The notes under the pieces are model-generated. The model was not told where the DNA came from and made no database searches. It saw only the letters and a list, made by a program, of their open reading frames with translations. Of a stretch of DNA of 64,000 bases, positions 35,182-47,144 are shown piece by piece. This DNA comes from Thiobacillus sp. GTDB taxonomy: Bacteria > Pseudomonadota > Gammaproteobacteria > Burkholderiales > Thiobacillaceae. Where the stretch lies: assembly GCA_019459055.1 (NCBI GenBank), contig JAIBEI010000041.1:863-64862 (forward strand), read 5' to 3'. The translations under genes and the position numbers were made by a program. The first letter of the stretch is position 1. Every line of letters starts with the position of its first letter.

Positions 35182-35715
35182 TCAATCGTCCTGCAGATTC
35201 TGGCCCGGAAACAGGGTCTCGGTAAAACCGAAATCGCGCAGGTCGCGGATGCGCATCGGGTAGAGGACGCCGTGCAGGTGATCGACCTCGTGCTGCACCA
35301 CGCGGGCATGGAAACCGCTCACGCTGCGGTCGATCGGCTGGCCCGCCGCATCGAATCCCTGGTAGCGCAAGTCGGTGTGGCGCGGCACCAGCCCGCGCAT
35401 GCCCGGTACCGACAGGCAGCCTTCCCAGCCCTCTTCCATGGCGTCGGACAGGGGGGTCAATACAGGATTGATCAGCACCGTGAACGGCACGCTTTCAGCG
35501 TCCGGATAACGCGGATTGGCCTCAACCCCGAAAATCACCACCTGCAGGCCGACGCCGATTTGCGGCGCCGCCAGGCCGGCGCCGTTGAGCGCACGCATGG
35601 TGTCGCGCATGTCGACAATCCGCTGCGCCAACTCGATCGAGGCAAAGTCCTCCACCGGGCGGGCCGGCTCCAGCAGGCGGGGATCGCCCATCTTCAGGAC
35701 GTCGCGGATGGCCAT
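35182..35715 (-). CDS. def: Peptide deformylase
   Basis: [18 protein letters not shown] and [11 protein letters not shown]. Confidence 0.96.
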   Translation of the reverse strand: MAIRDVLKMGDPRLLEPARPVEDFASIELAQRIVDMRDTMRALNGAGLAAPQIGVGLQVVIFGVEANPRYPDAESVPFTVLINPVLTPLSDAMEEGWEGCLSVPGMRGLVPRHTDLRYQGFDAAGQPIDRSVSGFHARVVQHEVDHLHGVLYPMRIRDLRDFGFTETLFPGQNLQDD

Positions 35716-36416
35716 GATTGCTCCAGTTTTTTCAGATCGTCGGTCTCCAGCCAGCGCCAGCTGCCGGGCGGCAGGTCGGCGGGCAAGGCAAGAGCCCCAA
35801 TGGCTTCGCGGTGCAGACGCTCCACCCGATTGCCGGTCGCACCGACCATGCGCTTGACCTGATGATATTTGCCCTCGGCCAGCGTCAGGCGCAGCGAGCG
35901 CTCGTCGAGCCTTTCGCACGCCAGCGCGGCAATCGGCGCGGGCTCGTCGTTGAGCTGGACGCCGCTGCGCAGGGCGTCCAGCATGGCGTCGCTCACCGGC
36001 TCGGCGCAGACGGCACGGTACACTTTGGCCACGCCTTTTTTCGGCGAGGTCATGCGGTGAATGAACTGGCCGTCATCGGAAAGCAGCAGCAGGCCGGTGC
36101 TATCCTGGTCGAGCCGCCCCACGCACTGCACCCCGCGCTGCACCAGCGGCGGCGGCAACAGGGCAAATACGCTGGGATGATGGCTGGCGTGATGCGAGCA
36201 TTCGTAGCCGGCCGGCTTGTGCATCAGCACATAGGCCTTTTCCCGATACGCCCAGGCGACGCCATCCAGCGTCAGTTCCAGCCGCGCCGGGTCGACCCTG
36301 GCCTCGGGATCTTCGCAGACCTCGCCGTTGACCGCGACCGCACCCGCCAGAACGCGCGCCACGCAGACCTTGCGCGTGCCGAACCCTTGCGACTGCAGGG
36401 CATGGTAGAGCTTCAT
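35694..36416 (-). CDS. RsuA-family pseudouridine synthase
   Basis: S4-like N-terminus, [25 protein letters not shown] and [10 protein letters not shown]. Confidence 0.92.
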   Translation of the reverse strand: MKLYHALQSQGFGTRKVCVARVLAGAVAVNGEVCEDPEARVDPARLELTLDGVAWAYREKAYVLMHKPAGYECSHHASHHPSVFALLPPPLVQRGVQCVGRLDQDSTGLLLLSDDGQFIHRMTSPKKGVAKVYRAVCAEPVSDAMLDALRSGVQLNDEPAPIAALACERLDERSLRLTLAEGKYHQVKRMVGATGNRVERLHREAIGALALPADLPPGSWRWLETDDLKKLEQSWPSATS

Positions 36417-36438
36417 GGGGCGATGCTGCATCACGTGC

Positions 36439-37200
36439 TCAGAATTTGCACAGCCCGGCGGCATCGTTGGTCACCAGCTGTTCCAGCAAATGCCGCACCT
36501 GCAGCATCACTTCAACCAGCACGGGCTGGATTTCCTCCATCTGGATGCCGTCGGTCGACAAGCCGCGCCCGGCTGCATGGTTCACCACCGCGCCCACCGC
36601 CGCGTAGCAGATCGACAGCTCGCGCGCCAGATAGGCTTCAGGCATCCCGGTCATCCCCACCATGTCGGCGCCGTCGCGTTCCATGCGGTTGATTTCGGCC
36701 GCCGTTTCCAGGCGCGGCCCCTGCGCCGCCCCATACACGCCGCCGTCGCGCAGGCTGATACCGGCACTGAGCGCGGCCTGCAGCAGTGCGGCGCGCATGG
36801 CATCGCAATAGGGAAAAGTGAAATCGAGGTGGGTGACCGGCTTCTCGCTTTCGACAAAATACGTCGCGTCGCGGCCATGCGTGTAGTCGATGATCTGGTC
36901 GGGGATGACCAGTGTGCCGGGAATCAGGTCGGGATGAATGCCGCCGACAGTGGCCACCGACACCACGCGATCGACGCCATGGTCCTTCAGCGCCCACAGG
37001 TTGGCACGGTAGTTCACCTCGTGCGGCGGGATGGTGTGGCCATAGCCGTGACGCGCCAGAAAGATCACGTCCTGGCCGCAGATGCGGCCGAAGGTAAGCG
37101 CACCCGAAGGTTCGCCGTAGGGCGTGCGCCCCACCTGGCGGTGGGTGATTTCAAGATTGGCGAGCTGGGTGAGTCCGGTGCCGCCGATGATGCCTAGCAT
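36439..37200 (-). CDS. S-methyl-5'-thioinosine/thioadenosine phosphorylase
   Basis: GIIGGTG, TPYGEPS, FLARHG, PPHEVNYRANLWAL, GPRLETAAEI and VGMTGMPEA. Confidence 0.92.
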   Translation of the reverse strand: MLGIIGGTGLTQLANLEITHRQVGRTPYGEPSGALTFGRICGQDVIFLARHGYGHTIPPHEVNYRANLWALKDHGVDRVVSVATVGGIHPDLIPGTLVIPDQIIDYTHGRDATYFVESEKPVTHLDFTFPYCDAMRAALLQAALSAGISLRDGGVYGAAQGPRLETAAEINRMERDGADMVGMTGMPEAYLARELSICYAAVGAVVNHAAGRGLSTDGIQMEEIQPVLVEVMLQVRHLLEQLVTNDAAGLCKF

Positions 37201-37201
37201 G

Positions 37202-37747
37202 TTATTCGTCCTTCAAAGCGTAAATGGCGGGCAGATTGCGCCACAGCCCGTAAGCGTCCATGCCGCAGCCGAACACATAGCGGTTGGGCACGTCCAGTCC
37301 TACAAAATCGGCCCGGACCGGTTTGGCAAGGCCATTGTCCTTGTCGGTCAGCACCGCCGACCATATCCGCGCCGCGCCCATGTGCAGGAGCTTGTCGCGA
37401 ATGGCCGCCAGCGTTTCCCCCTCGTCCAGGATGTCGTCCAGCACCAGCACATTGCGGCCCGCCACGTTTTTCCCCGGCAGCACCCGCCATTCCATCTCGC
37501 CACCGGTGGTATTGCCCCGATAGCGCGTCACGTGCAGGTAATCGAATTCCAGCGGAAAGTTCAGCCTGGGGAGGAGCTGTCCGGCAAACACCACCGCCCC
37601 GCCCATCACCGCCAGCACCAACGGAAAATCCGCTGCCAATGCGACGTTGATCTCGCCAGCCAGACGGTTGATGACGGCCTGTACCGTGTCGGCAGACGCG
37701 ACACACTCGGCATTGTCCAGCAACTGATGCGCTTCAAGCGGCGTCAT
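37202..37747 (-). CDS. hpt: Hypoxanthine-guanine phosphoribosyltransferase
   Basis: PRPP motif VLVLDDILDEGETL and RYVFGCGMD. Confidence 0.9.
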   Translation of the reverse strand: MTPLEAHQLLDNAECVASADTVQAVINRLAGEINVALAADFPLVLAVMGGAVVFAGQLLPRLNFPLEFDYLHVTRYRGNTTGGEMEWRVLPGKNVAGRNVLVLDDILDEGETLAAIRDKLLHMGAARIWSAVLTDKDNGLAKPVRADFVGLDVPNRYVFGCGMDAYGLWRNLPAIYALKDE

Positions 37748-37826
37748 GAGGTAGGGGCCGATTCGACAAAAGCCGGCAGTCTAAGCGATGTTTCCGGACT
37801 TCGCACGGCTCGAGTAAGCTTGCGCC

Positions 37827-38387
37827 ATGTCGCTTTCCGCCCTCCCTCCCCGCAGCCTCGATGCCGCTGGCTGGCTTTCCGCCGCCCGCCGGCTGCCCTC
37901 GCCCAATTGCGATGCGCGCCCCGACGGCACGGCGATCGAGCTCGTCGTCCTCCACAACATTTCGTTGCCGCCGGGCGTGTTCGACGGCGATGCGGTCATC
38001 GAACTGTTCACCAACCAGCTCGACTGGGACGCGCACCCGTATTATCAGGAGATCCGCGGCATCAAGGTATCGGCCCATTTCTTCATCCGCCGCGACGGCA
38101 GCCTGATCCAGTTCGTGCCGTGCAGCCTGCGCGCGTGGCATGCCGGTATATCGAGCTGGTGCGAACGCGAACGCTGCAACGATTTTTCCATCGGCATCGA
38201 GCTGGAAGGCACAGACGACCTGCCATACACCGAAGCGCAGTACGCCAGCCTGATTCCGCTGCTGCAATCGCTTAGACAGGCGTATCCGATCCGCGCGGTG
38301 GTGGGGCACAGCGACATCGCGCCGGGGCGCAAGACCGATCCGGGTGTGTGTTTCGAGTGGGAGCGGGTGCGGACGTTGGTGGGGTGA
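37827..38387 (+). CDS. ampD: 1,6-anhydro-N-acetylmuramyl-L-alanine amidase
   Basis: SPNCDARP, VLHNISLPPG, VSAHFFIRRDG, AWHAGISS, SIGIELEG and GHSDIAPGRKTDPG. Confidence 0.96.
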   Translation: MSLSALPPRSLDAAGWLSAARRLPSPNCDARPDGTAIELVVLHNISLPPGVFDGDAVIELFTNQLDWDAHPYYQEIRGIKVSAHFFIRRDGSLIQFVPCSLRAWHAGISSWCERERCNDFSIGIELEGTDDLPYTEAQYASLIPLLQSLRQAYPIRAVVGHSDIAPGRKTDPGVCFEWERVRTLVG

Positions 38388-38548
38388 GACATTGGATGTT
38401 TTCCGACAGAATTTCGCTGTGTGCGGCTCGTGAGCTCAGGCGAAATGCACCCTGCAGGCCACAAGCACCGGATACCGTCTCAACACAAGCGCACAACCCG
38501 CCCCGTCACCACCGCCCTGGTTTTGACCTTCTTCCCCTCTCAGCCCCG

Positions 38549-38763
38549 CCGAAAACCGAGCCTGCCGGGTGGGTCAGCGGCAAAGGTGTCTGAAGCCCCG
38601 CTCACAAAAATTAATCAGCATTACAAAAGCGGGGCGAGTTCTTTGCCGCCCACCCGGCAGGCTCGGTTTTCGGGAATTCGGGGATGAGCGGGGGCGCCTT
38701 ATTCTTTGGTTACTTTCTTTTGGCGAGACAAAAGAAAGTGACTAGCCGCCGGGCTACCCCCGG
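38549..38763. repeat. Long palindromic MITE/REPIN-like element
   Basis: Perfect 25-bp inverted repeat (38549-38573 / 38649-38673) with nested inner stems around an AT-rich loop, followed by a 14-bp hairpin GTTACTTTCTTTTG-GCGAGA-CAAAAGAAAGTGAC. Confidence 0.8.
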
Positions 38764-38839
38764 CCAGCGACCTCCAGCCCAACGAAACACCCCCCGCCCA
38801 CGGTAAAATCCCACCCACCCCCTTTCAGGACATCCCCCC

Positions 38840-40036
38840 ATGCGTCTCGGCACCCCGCTCTCGCCCTCTGCCACCCGCGTCATGCTGCTGGGCGCGGGCG
38901 AGCTCGGCAAGGAAGTCATCATCGCGCTGCAGCGGCTTGGGGTCGAAGTCATCGCGGTGGATCGCTACGCCAACGCACCCGGCCATCAGGTCGCACACCG
39001 CGCCCACGTCATCGACATGAGCGACGGCGCAGCCTTGCGTGCATTGATCGAAAATGAACAGCCACATCTGGTGGTGCCGGAAATCGAGGCCATCGCCACT
39101 GAAACCCTGCTGGAAATCGAGGCCGCCGGGCTTGCCGAAGTCATCCCCACCGCGCGCGCCGCCAATCTGACCATGAACCGCGAGGGCATCCGCCAGCTGG
39201 CTGCCGAAACGCTGGGACTGCCGACCTCGCCCTTTGTATTTGCCGACAACCTGGCCGAAATGACGGCCGCATCCGAAAAGCTGGGCTACCCGGTGATCGT
39301 CAAGCCGGTGATGTCGTCGTCCGGCAAGGGCCAGTCGTGGGTGGCTGACGCCAGCCAGCTGCAGACGGCGTGGGAGTATGCCGCCCGCGGCGGGCGGGTG
39401 GACAAGGGCCGCGTCATCGTCGAGGGCGTGATCGACTTCGAGTACGAAATCACGCTGCTGACCGTACGTGCGTTGGGTCGCTCAGGCAAAATCGAAACGC
39501 ATTTCTGCGCGCCCATCGGCCACCTGCAGGTGAAAGGCGATTACGTCGAATCGTGGCAGCCGCAGGCGATGTCGGCCGCCGCACGACAACGCGCGCAGGA
39601 GATCGCCGCCGCCGTCACCGGCAACCTCGGCGGACGCGGCCTGTTCGGCGTGGAACTGTTCGTCAAGGGCGACAACGTGTGGTTTTCCGAAGTCAGCCCG
39701 CGTCCGCACGATACCGGCATGGTGACGATGGCGACGCAGCGGCAGAACGAGTTCGAGTTGCACGCGCGCGCCATCCTCGGCCTGCCGGTCGACGTGGGCC
39801 TGCGCGAACCCGGCGCCTCGGCGGTGATTTATGGCGGCATGGAGGCAACCGGCATCGCCTTCGATGGTGTCGCTGAAGCCTTGAGCACGCCCGGCGTCGA
39901 CCTGCGGCTGTTCGGCAAGCCCGAAGCCTTTGCCCGCCGCCGCATGGGGGTGGCGCTCGCCACCGCCGCCGGCACGGACGAGGCGCGTCAGCGCGCCAAG
40001 GCTGCGGCAGCAGCCGTCAAGCCGGTCAAAGTCTGA
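38840..40036 (+). CDS. purT: Formate-dependent phosphoribosylglycinamide formyltransferase
   Basis: [53 protein letters not shown] and RRMGVALA. Confidence 0.96.
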   Translation: MRLGTPLSPSATRVMLLGAGELGKEVIIALQRLGVEVIAVDRYANAPGHQVAHRAHVIDMSDGAALRALIENEQPHLVVPEIEAIATETLLEIEAAGLAEVIPTARAANLTMNREGIRQLAAETLGLPTSPFVFADNLAEMTAASEKLGYPVIVKPVMSSSGKGQSWVADASQLQTAWEYAARGGRVDKGRVIVEGVIDFEYEITLLTVRALGRSGKIETHFCAPIGHLQVKGDYVESWQPQAMSAAARQRAQEIAAAVTGNLGGRGLFGVELFVKGDNVWFSEVSPRPHDTGMVTMATQRQNEFELHARAILGLPVDVGLREPGASAVIYGGMEATGIAFDGVAEALSTPGVDLRLFGKPEAFARRRMGVALATAAGTDEARQRAKAAAAAVKPVKV

Positions 40037-40039
40037 GCG

Positions 40040-40132
40040 ATGCGAATCCATTACGAACGCCTCGGCGGTGGCGAAGTCGTACATCGAACGGTCGACTGCT
40101 TTTACAGCCTGATGGACGAAAACGCTCGATGA
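40040..40132 (+). pseudogene. Probable N-terminal remnant of a group II truncated hemoglobin
   Basis: Translates MRIHYERLGGGEVVHRTVDCFYSLMDENAR*, matching the Y-x-x-LGG...VD-x-FY-x-x-M-D start of 2/2 hemoglobins, then stops. Confidence 0.5.
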
Positions 40133-40169
40133 CTACGGACCTTGGCCAATTTAACGGCCAACCGCGATA

Positions 40170-41429
40170 ATGATGAAGCGCTTCATCCTTTGGTGTGCGT
40201 TGTTCACCATGCTGGCCGGGCTCGCCGTGCTGCCCTGGCTGATGCTGGACGATGCGCCGGCAATCGAGCCCCCCGCCGAATTTCGCCGCACCGACCTGGC
40301 CTGGGTCAGATCGCTGTTCCAGAAGCACGACCCGCGACGGCAGACGCCCGATGTGATTCAAAGCATCCAGCTCGACGAGGCCGAACTCAACCGCCTGCTC
40401 AATTACGCGGTCGAGCTGCGCCAGGTCAGCGGCATCGCCGCCGAGCTCACGCCCGGCCTGGCCACCCTCACCGCCACCATGGCGGTTCCGCGCAACCCGT
40501 TTGGCCGCTATCTCAATCTCACCGCCGATGTGGCGGATGTCCCCGGCGGCATCCGCATCCGGAGCCTGCAGCTGGGCAGCCTGCCGCTGCCGGGCGCGCT
40601 GGCCGACGGGATTGCACGCCTGGCGCACCGCTGGCTGCGCCGCGACGAAACCTACGCTTCGCTGGCCGATGCGTTTTCCCGGGTGAATTTCGACGAAAAC
40701 CAGGCCACCCTGGATTACCGCTGGCATCCCGAGTTGCTGACCCAGATGGAACGCAAAAGCGCGGAACTGCTGATCGCACCGGAAGATCAGGCACGCATGC
40801 TGGTCTATGCCGAGCGGCTGGACACCCTGCTGAAACGTCACCCGCACGGCAGCACCATACCGCTGGTGCAGGTCGTCGCACCGCTGTTTGCCCACGCGCA
40901 CGCGCTCGGCGGCAATGCAGACGAGGAAAACAGTGCGGCGCTCACCGCACTCGCCGCGTATCTGACCGGCATCAGCCTGCCCAGGCTGCTGGAAGGCGAC
41001 AGCCAGTCGATCCGGCGGGCGCCGCGTGTGCTGTTGTCGCTGAACGGGCGGCGCGACTTTGCCGAACACTTCGTGATTTCAGCCGCGCTCACCGTCAACG
41101 CCGGCAGCCGGCTGACCAATGCCATCGGCCTGATCAAGGAAGAAGAGGATGCCAACAAAGGCTCAGGCTTCAGCTTCACCGATCTGGCCGCCAACCGCGC
41201 CGGGGTCAAGCTGGGCGAACTCGCCACCGGCGGCGGCGCCGCACGTGTGCAGCAACGGCTGGCCTCCGCCCGTAGCGATAACGACTTGCTGCCGGACTTT
41301 CGCGATCTGCCGGAATTCATGTCGCAGGCCGAGTTCGACCGTCGCTTCGGCCCCATCGGCAGCCCCCGTTACCAGAAAGTCATCGACCGCATCGACGCCC
41401 GGCTGGACGCTCATCCACTTGCACAGTAA
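40170..41429 (+). CDS. Conserved hypothetical membrane-anchored protein
   Basis: 419-aa ORF with an N-terminal transmembrane segment and C-terminal RRDFAEHFVISAAL...GLIKEEEDA..GSGFSFTDLAANRAG (YfiM/DUF2279-like pattern). Confidence 0.75.
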   Translation: MMKRFILWCALFTMLAGLAVLPWLMLDDAPAIEPPAEFRRTDLAWVRSLFQKHDPRRQTPDVIQSIQLDEAELNRLLNYAVELRQVSGIAAELTPGLATLTATMAVPRNPFGRYLNLTADVADVPGGIRIRSLQLGSLPLPGALADGIARLAHRWLRRDETYASLADAFSRVNFDENQATLDYRWHPELLTQMERKSAELLIAPEDQARMLVYAERLDTLLKRHPHGSTIPLVQVVAPLFAHAHALGGNADEENSAALTALAAYLTGISLPRLLEGDSQSIRRAPRVLLSLNGRRDFAEHFVISAALTVNAGSRLTNAIGLIKEEEDANKGSGFSFTDLAANRAGVKLGELATGGGAARVQQRLASARSDNDLLPDFRDLPEFMSQAEFDRRFGPIGSPRYQKVIDRIDARLDAHPLAQ

Positions 41430-41483
41430 ATAGTCAATAAACCCTGTTATAATATTGGGTTCCCCGCATCACGGCCCTACATC

Positions 41484-43316
<1,833 letters not shown>

Positions 43317-43350
43317 GCCCAACCCGGCCTTGTGCCGGGGCTGCGTGACG

Positions 43351-43379
43351 AAAAGCCCGGCTTCGCGCCGGGCTTTTTT
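43351..43379 (+). terminator. Intrinsic terminator after typA
   Basis: AAAAGCCCGGC-TTCGC-GCCGGGCTTTTTT. Confidence 0.85.
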
Positions 43380-43406
43380 ATAGGGGTCACGGGTAAAATC
43401 AGCGTC

Positions 43407-44699
43407 ATGCGTCCTGTCGAAATCAGCCTCCTCGTCGGCCTTGCCGCCCTCATCCTCGTGACGGTTTTCCTGCTGCTGCGCATCCATGCGCTGCGGCGGG
43501 AACAAACCGGGCTGCCCGCCCTGCTGACGCAGGACATGGAAGCCCGCCACCGCGCGGTGCTGACCGACCTGCACGCGGGCCTCGCGCAGCAGTCCGACCG
43601 CATGCAGGGCCAGCTGGCGGCCCTGCAAATCGCGCAGACCGAACGGCTGGCGGAAACCCGGGAAACCGTCACCAGCCACCTCGGCCAGTTCCAGGCCTCG
43701 ATGCTGGAAAAGTTGATCGAGCAGGGACGCGCCGAGCAAGGCATGCTGCAGGACACGCTGAAAGGCATGACCGCGCAGTTCAACGAGCGCGTGCAGCAGT
43801 TGTCGCAGACGGTCGACGGCCGGCTCAACGAAATTTCCGGCAAGGTGGCCGAGCGGCTCGATGAAGGCTTCAAGAAAACCAACGAGACCTTCACCTCGGT
43901 GATGTCACGGCTGGCGGTGATCGACGAGGCGCAGAAGAAAATCGAGGGCCTGGCGTCCAACGTCGTGTCGCTGCAGGAGATACTGGGCGACAAGCGCTCG
44001 CGCGGCGCCTTCGGCGAAGTCCAGCTGGAAGCGCTGGTGCGGAACAGCCTGCCGCCTGACGCCTATGCCTTCCAGCACACCCTGAAGAGCGGCGCGCGTG
44101 CCGATTGCGTGCTGATCCTGCCCGAGCCCACCGGCACGGTGTGCGTCGATTCCAAGTTTCCGCTGGAAAACTACAGCCGCATGTTCGACGACAGCCTGCC
44201 GGCGGCCGAGCGCGATGCGGCCAAGCGGCAGTTCAAGACGGACGTCAAAAAACACGTCGACGACATCGCCGCCAAATACATCGTCGAAGGCGAAACCTCG
44301 GACGGCGCGGTGATGTTCCTGCCGGCCGAGGCGGTGTTCGCCGAAATCCACGCCTACCATCCCGATCTGGTCGAGCACGCACAGAAAAAGCGCGTGTGGC
44401 TGACCTCGCCGACCACGCTGATGGCGGTGCTGAATACCGCGCGGGCGGTGATCCGCGATTCGGAAACCCGGCGCATGGCGCACGTGATCAAGGACGAGCT
44501 ATCCAAGCTGGCAAAGGACTTCGCGCGCTTCGACGAGCGCATGAAAAAACTCGCCAGCCACATCGAGCAGGCCAACAAGGATGTGGGCGAGGTGCGCATC
44601 TCCAGCGACAAGATCAGCCGCCGCTTCCAGCAGATCGAGCGGGTCGAGCTCGACCACCCGGACGCGGACGCCGCGCGCCTGCTCGACGCCGACGAGTGA
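43407..44699 (+). CDS. rmuC: DNA recombination protein RmuC
   Basis: N-terminal transmembrane segment, coiled coil, RGAFGEVQLE, VDSKFPLE, AVMFLPAEAVFAE and SPTTLMAVL. Confidence 0.93.
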   Translation: MRPVEISLLVGLAALILVTVFLLLRIHALRREQTGLPALLTQDMEARHRAVLTDLHAGLAQQSDRMQGQLAALQIAQTERLAETRETVTSHLGQFQASMLEKLIEQGRAEQGMLQDTLKGMTAQFNERVQQLSQTVDGRLNEISGKVAERLDEGFKKTNETFTSVMSRLAVIDEAQKKIEGLASNVVSLQEILGDKRSRGAFGEVQLEALVRNSLPPDAYAFQHTLKSGARADCVLILPEPTGTVCVDSKFPLENYSRMFDDSLPAAERDAAKRQFKTDVKKHVDDIAAKYIVEGETSDGAVMFLPAEAVFAEIHAYHPDLVEHAQKKRVWLTSPTTLMAVLNTARAVIRDSETRRMAHVIKDELSKLAKDFARFDERMKKLASHIEQANKDVGEVRISSDKISRRFQQIERVELDHPDADAARLLDADE

Positions 44700-44703
44700 G
44701 TTT

Positions 44704-45477
44704 ATGAACTGGTTCGAACGCTGGCGGCGCGCCCGCCTTCTCGAACGGCATGCCATCCCGTCCGCTGCTTTCGACGCAACGGTCGCCGCCCTGCCGATCC
44801 TGCGCGGGCTCGATGCGGCGGAGCAGACGCGCCTGCGCGAAGCCGCCAGCCTGTTCATCCACGACAAGACGTTTTCCGCCGCCGGAGGGGCGGACATCGA
44901 CGATGCCACCCAACGCATCATCGCCCTGCAGGCCTGCCTGCTGACGCTCAACCTCGGCGAGGAAAGCTACCGCGGCTGGAGCGAGATCATTCTCTATCCC
45001 GACGAATTCCTGCGCGACCTCGAGGAAATCGACGAGGCCGGGGTGGTGCATCGCTCGCGCGACATCCTGGCGGGCGAGTCCTGGCACGGCGGGCCGCTGG
45101 TGCTGTCGATTGCCGACGTTGAAACCAGCGGCCAGGCCGACGGCGTCAACGTGGTGCTGCATGAGTTTGCGCACAAGCTCGACATGCTGAACGGCGACGC
45201 CAACGGCTTCCCGCCGCTGCATCGCGGCATGGATGCGCCCGCCTGGGCGCGCGACTTCAGCGCGGGCTACGAGGATTTGTGCGCGCGCGTCGACGCCGGC
45301 GAGGACACGGCGATCGACCCCTACGCCACCACCAATCCCGCCGAGTTCTTTGCGGTTCTGACCGAGGTGTTCTTCGAGACGCCGCGCCTGCTCGACACCG
45401 AATATCCGGCGATTTACAGGCAGTTGCAGCAGTTCTACCGCCAGCATCCGCTGGCGCGGCTGGAAGCCCATGCCTGA
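44704..45477 (+). CDS. mtfA: Zinc-dependent peptidase MtfA (M90 family)
   Basis: IALQACLL, ILYPDEF, GESW..GP, NVVLHEFAHKLD and DPYATTNPAEFFAV. Confidence 0.88.
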   Translation: MNWFERWRRARLLERHAIPSAAFDATVAALPILRGLDAAEQTRLREAASLFIHDKTFSAAGGADIDDATQRIIALQACLLTLNLGEESYRGWSEIILYPDEFLRDLEEIDEAGVVHRSRDILAGESWHGGPLVLSIADVETSGQADGVNVVLHEFAHKLDMLNGDANGFPPLHRGMDAPAWARDFSAGYEDLCARVDAGEDTAIDPYATTNPAEFFAVLTEVFFETPRLLDTEYPAIYRQLQQFYRQHPLARLEAHA

Positions 45478-46633
45478 GTCCCGCACCGCCGCCCGCATGG
45501 CCGGCATCGCGCCGTTCCACGTCATGGACATCCTGGCGCGGGCGCAGGCGCTGGAAGCTGCCGGCTGCGACATCATTCATCTCGAAATCGGCGAGCCGGA
45601 CTTCGCCACCCCCGCCCCCATCGTCGAGGCCGGAGTCGCCGCGCTACGCGCCGGTCACACGCACTACACCGGCGCCCTGGGCCTGCCGGCACTGCGCGAA
45701 GCCATTGCCGGATTTTATGCAAGCCGCTGGCAGGCAGCGGTCGACCCCGCGCGCATCGTCGTCACCCCGGGTGCATCGGGTGCGCTGCTGCTGGCGCTGG
45801 GCTTGCTGGCCGGCCCCGGCGACGAAGTGCTGATGGCCGACCCCGGCTATCCCTGCAACCGCCATTTCGTCCATTTTTGCGATGCGCGCGCCGTCACCGT
45901 TGCGGTCGATGCCGCCAGCGACTTTCAGCTCACGCTCGAATCCATCCAGCGTCACGCCACCGCGGCCACCCGTGCCGTACTGATCGCCAGCCCCTCCAAC
46001 CCCACCGGCACGGCGATCGCTCCGGGCGAACTCGAACGCATCCACGACTGGTGCGCAGCCCGCAGCGTGGCGCTGATCGTCGACGAGATCTACCTGGCGC
46101 TGGCCTACGATGGCCGCGAGCACAGCGCCGCGCGCTGGGATGATGTCTTCGTCATCAACAGCTTCTCGAAATATTTCCTGATGACCGGCTGGCGACTCGG
46201 CTGGCTGGTGGCGCCCGCCTGGGCCATGGCGGCGCTGGAGCGGCTGGCGCAGAACCTGTTTCTGGCGGCCTCCACCCCAGCGCAACATGCTGCGCTGGCG
46301 GCATTCGACCCCGCCACCCTGGACGAACTCGAAGCCCGCAAGGCCGAGCTGCGGACGCGCCGCGATTTCATGCTGCCCGCGCTGCGCGAGCGCGGCTTCA
46401 TCATCCCCGCCCAACCGCAAGGGGCGTTTTATCTGTATGCCGACTGCAGCGCGCATTCCGGCGACAGCTTCCACTTTGCGCAGGCTTTGCTGGAACAGGT
46501 CGGGGTGGCGGTGACTCCCGGCCTCGATTTTGGCCGGCACCAGCCGCAACGCTATCTGCGCGTCGCTTATACCCAGCCGCTGCCGCGCCTGGTGGAAGCG
46601 GCCGCGCGCATCGACCGCTTTTTACGGACGTAA
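45470..46633 (+). CDS. PLP-dependent aminotransferase class I/II
   Basis: IHLEIGEPDF, ASPSNPTG, IVDEIY and NSFSKYFLMTGWRLGW. Confidence 0.93.
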   Translation: MPESRTAARMAGIAPFHVMDILARAQALEAAGCDIIHLEIGEPDFATPAPIVEAGVAALRAGHTHYTGALGLPALREAIAGFYASRWQAAVDPARIVVTPGASGALLLALGLLAGPGDEVLMADPGYPCNRHFVHFCDARAVTVAVDAASDFQLTLESIQRHATAATRAVLIASPSNPTGTAIAPGELERIHDWCAARSVALIVDEIYLALAYDGREHSAARWDDVFVINSFSKYFLMTGWRLGWLVAPAWAMAALERLAQNLFLAASTPAQHAALAAFDPATLDELEARKAELRTRRDFMLPALRERGFIIPAQPQGAFYLYADCSAHSGDSFHFAQALLEQVGVAVTPGLDFGRHQPQRYLRVAYTQPLPRLVEAAARIDRFLRT

Positions 46634-46660
46634 AAAAACCGGCCCAAAGGCCGGTTTTTT
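46632..46660. terminator. Bidirectional intrinsic terminator
   Basis: AAAAAAACCGGCC-CAAA-GGCCGGTTTTTT between convergent genes. Confidence 0.9.
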
Positions 46661-46677
46661 CGTTCCTTGACCCGGAA

Positions 46678-46959
46678 TTACTTGGCAGGAGCGGGAGCGG
46701 GAGCAGCAGCGTCAGCAGCGGCGCCAGCAGCTTCGCCAGCAGCGGTGGCAGCTTCGCCAGCAGCAGCAGCAGCGTCAGCAGCGGGTGCAGCAGCTTCTTC
46801 AGCAGCTTGGCTAGCTTCGACTGCAGCTTCGCCAGCTTCGATTGCAGCTTCGCCAGCAACTTCAGCTGCAGGCGCTTCAGGCGCAGCGGCTTCTTCTTTT
46901 TGGCCGCAAGCGGTCATGGAAACAGCCAGCAGAGCAGCCAGGAGGACGGAATATTTCAT
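46678..46959 (-). CDS. Small Ala/Glu-rich low-complexity lipoprotein
   Basis: MKYSVLLAALLAVSMTAC lipobox; the mature part is almost only A/E/G/P; a 21-nt tandem repeat lies at 46813-46854. Confidence 0.85.
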   Translation of the reverse strand: MKYSVLLAALLAVSMTACGQKEEAAAPEAPAAEVAGEAAIEAGEAAVEASQAAEEAAAPAADAAAAAGEAATAAGEAAGAAADAAAPAPAPAK

Positions 46960-47144
46960 TTGATTTCCCTTAAATTTACAAAATTGAACCCACACCAGAG
47001 ATCGGTCCGGGACGTGTAATCCAGCCGACGCGCGGATTCTAGCAAATCGGCAAAAGAAAACCACAATCTATTAAATTTCTTCTAAAGCAGGAACAATGTG
47101 TTGCCGGATAACAACAAATCCCCAAAAAAAGGAGGGGAATCGGC

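Noticed and set aside
46401-46859. ORF containing a striking heptad repeat, LAKLQSKLAKLQSKL
   Set aside because: It is an alternative frame of the Ala-rich lipoprotein's 21-nt repeat and overlaps the aminotransferase and the terminator.
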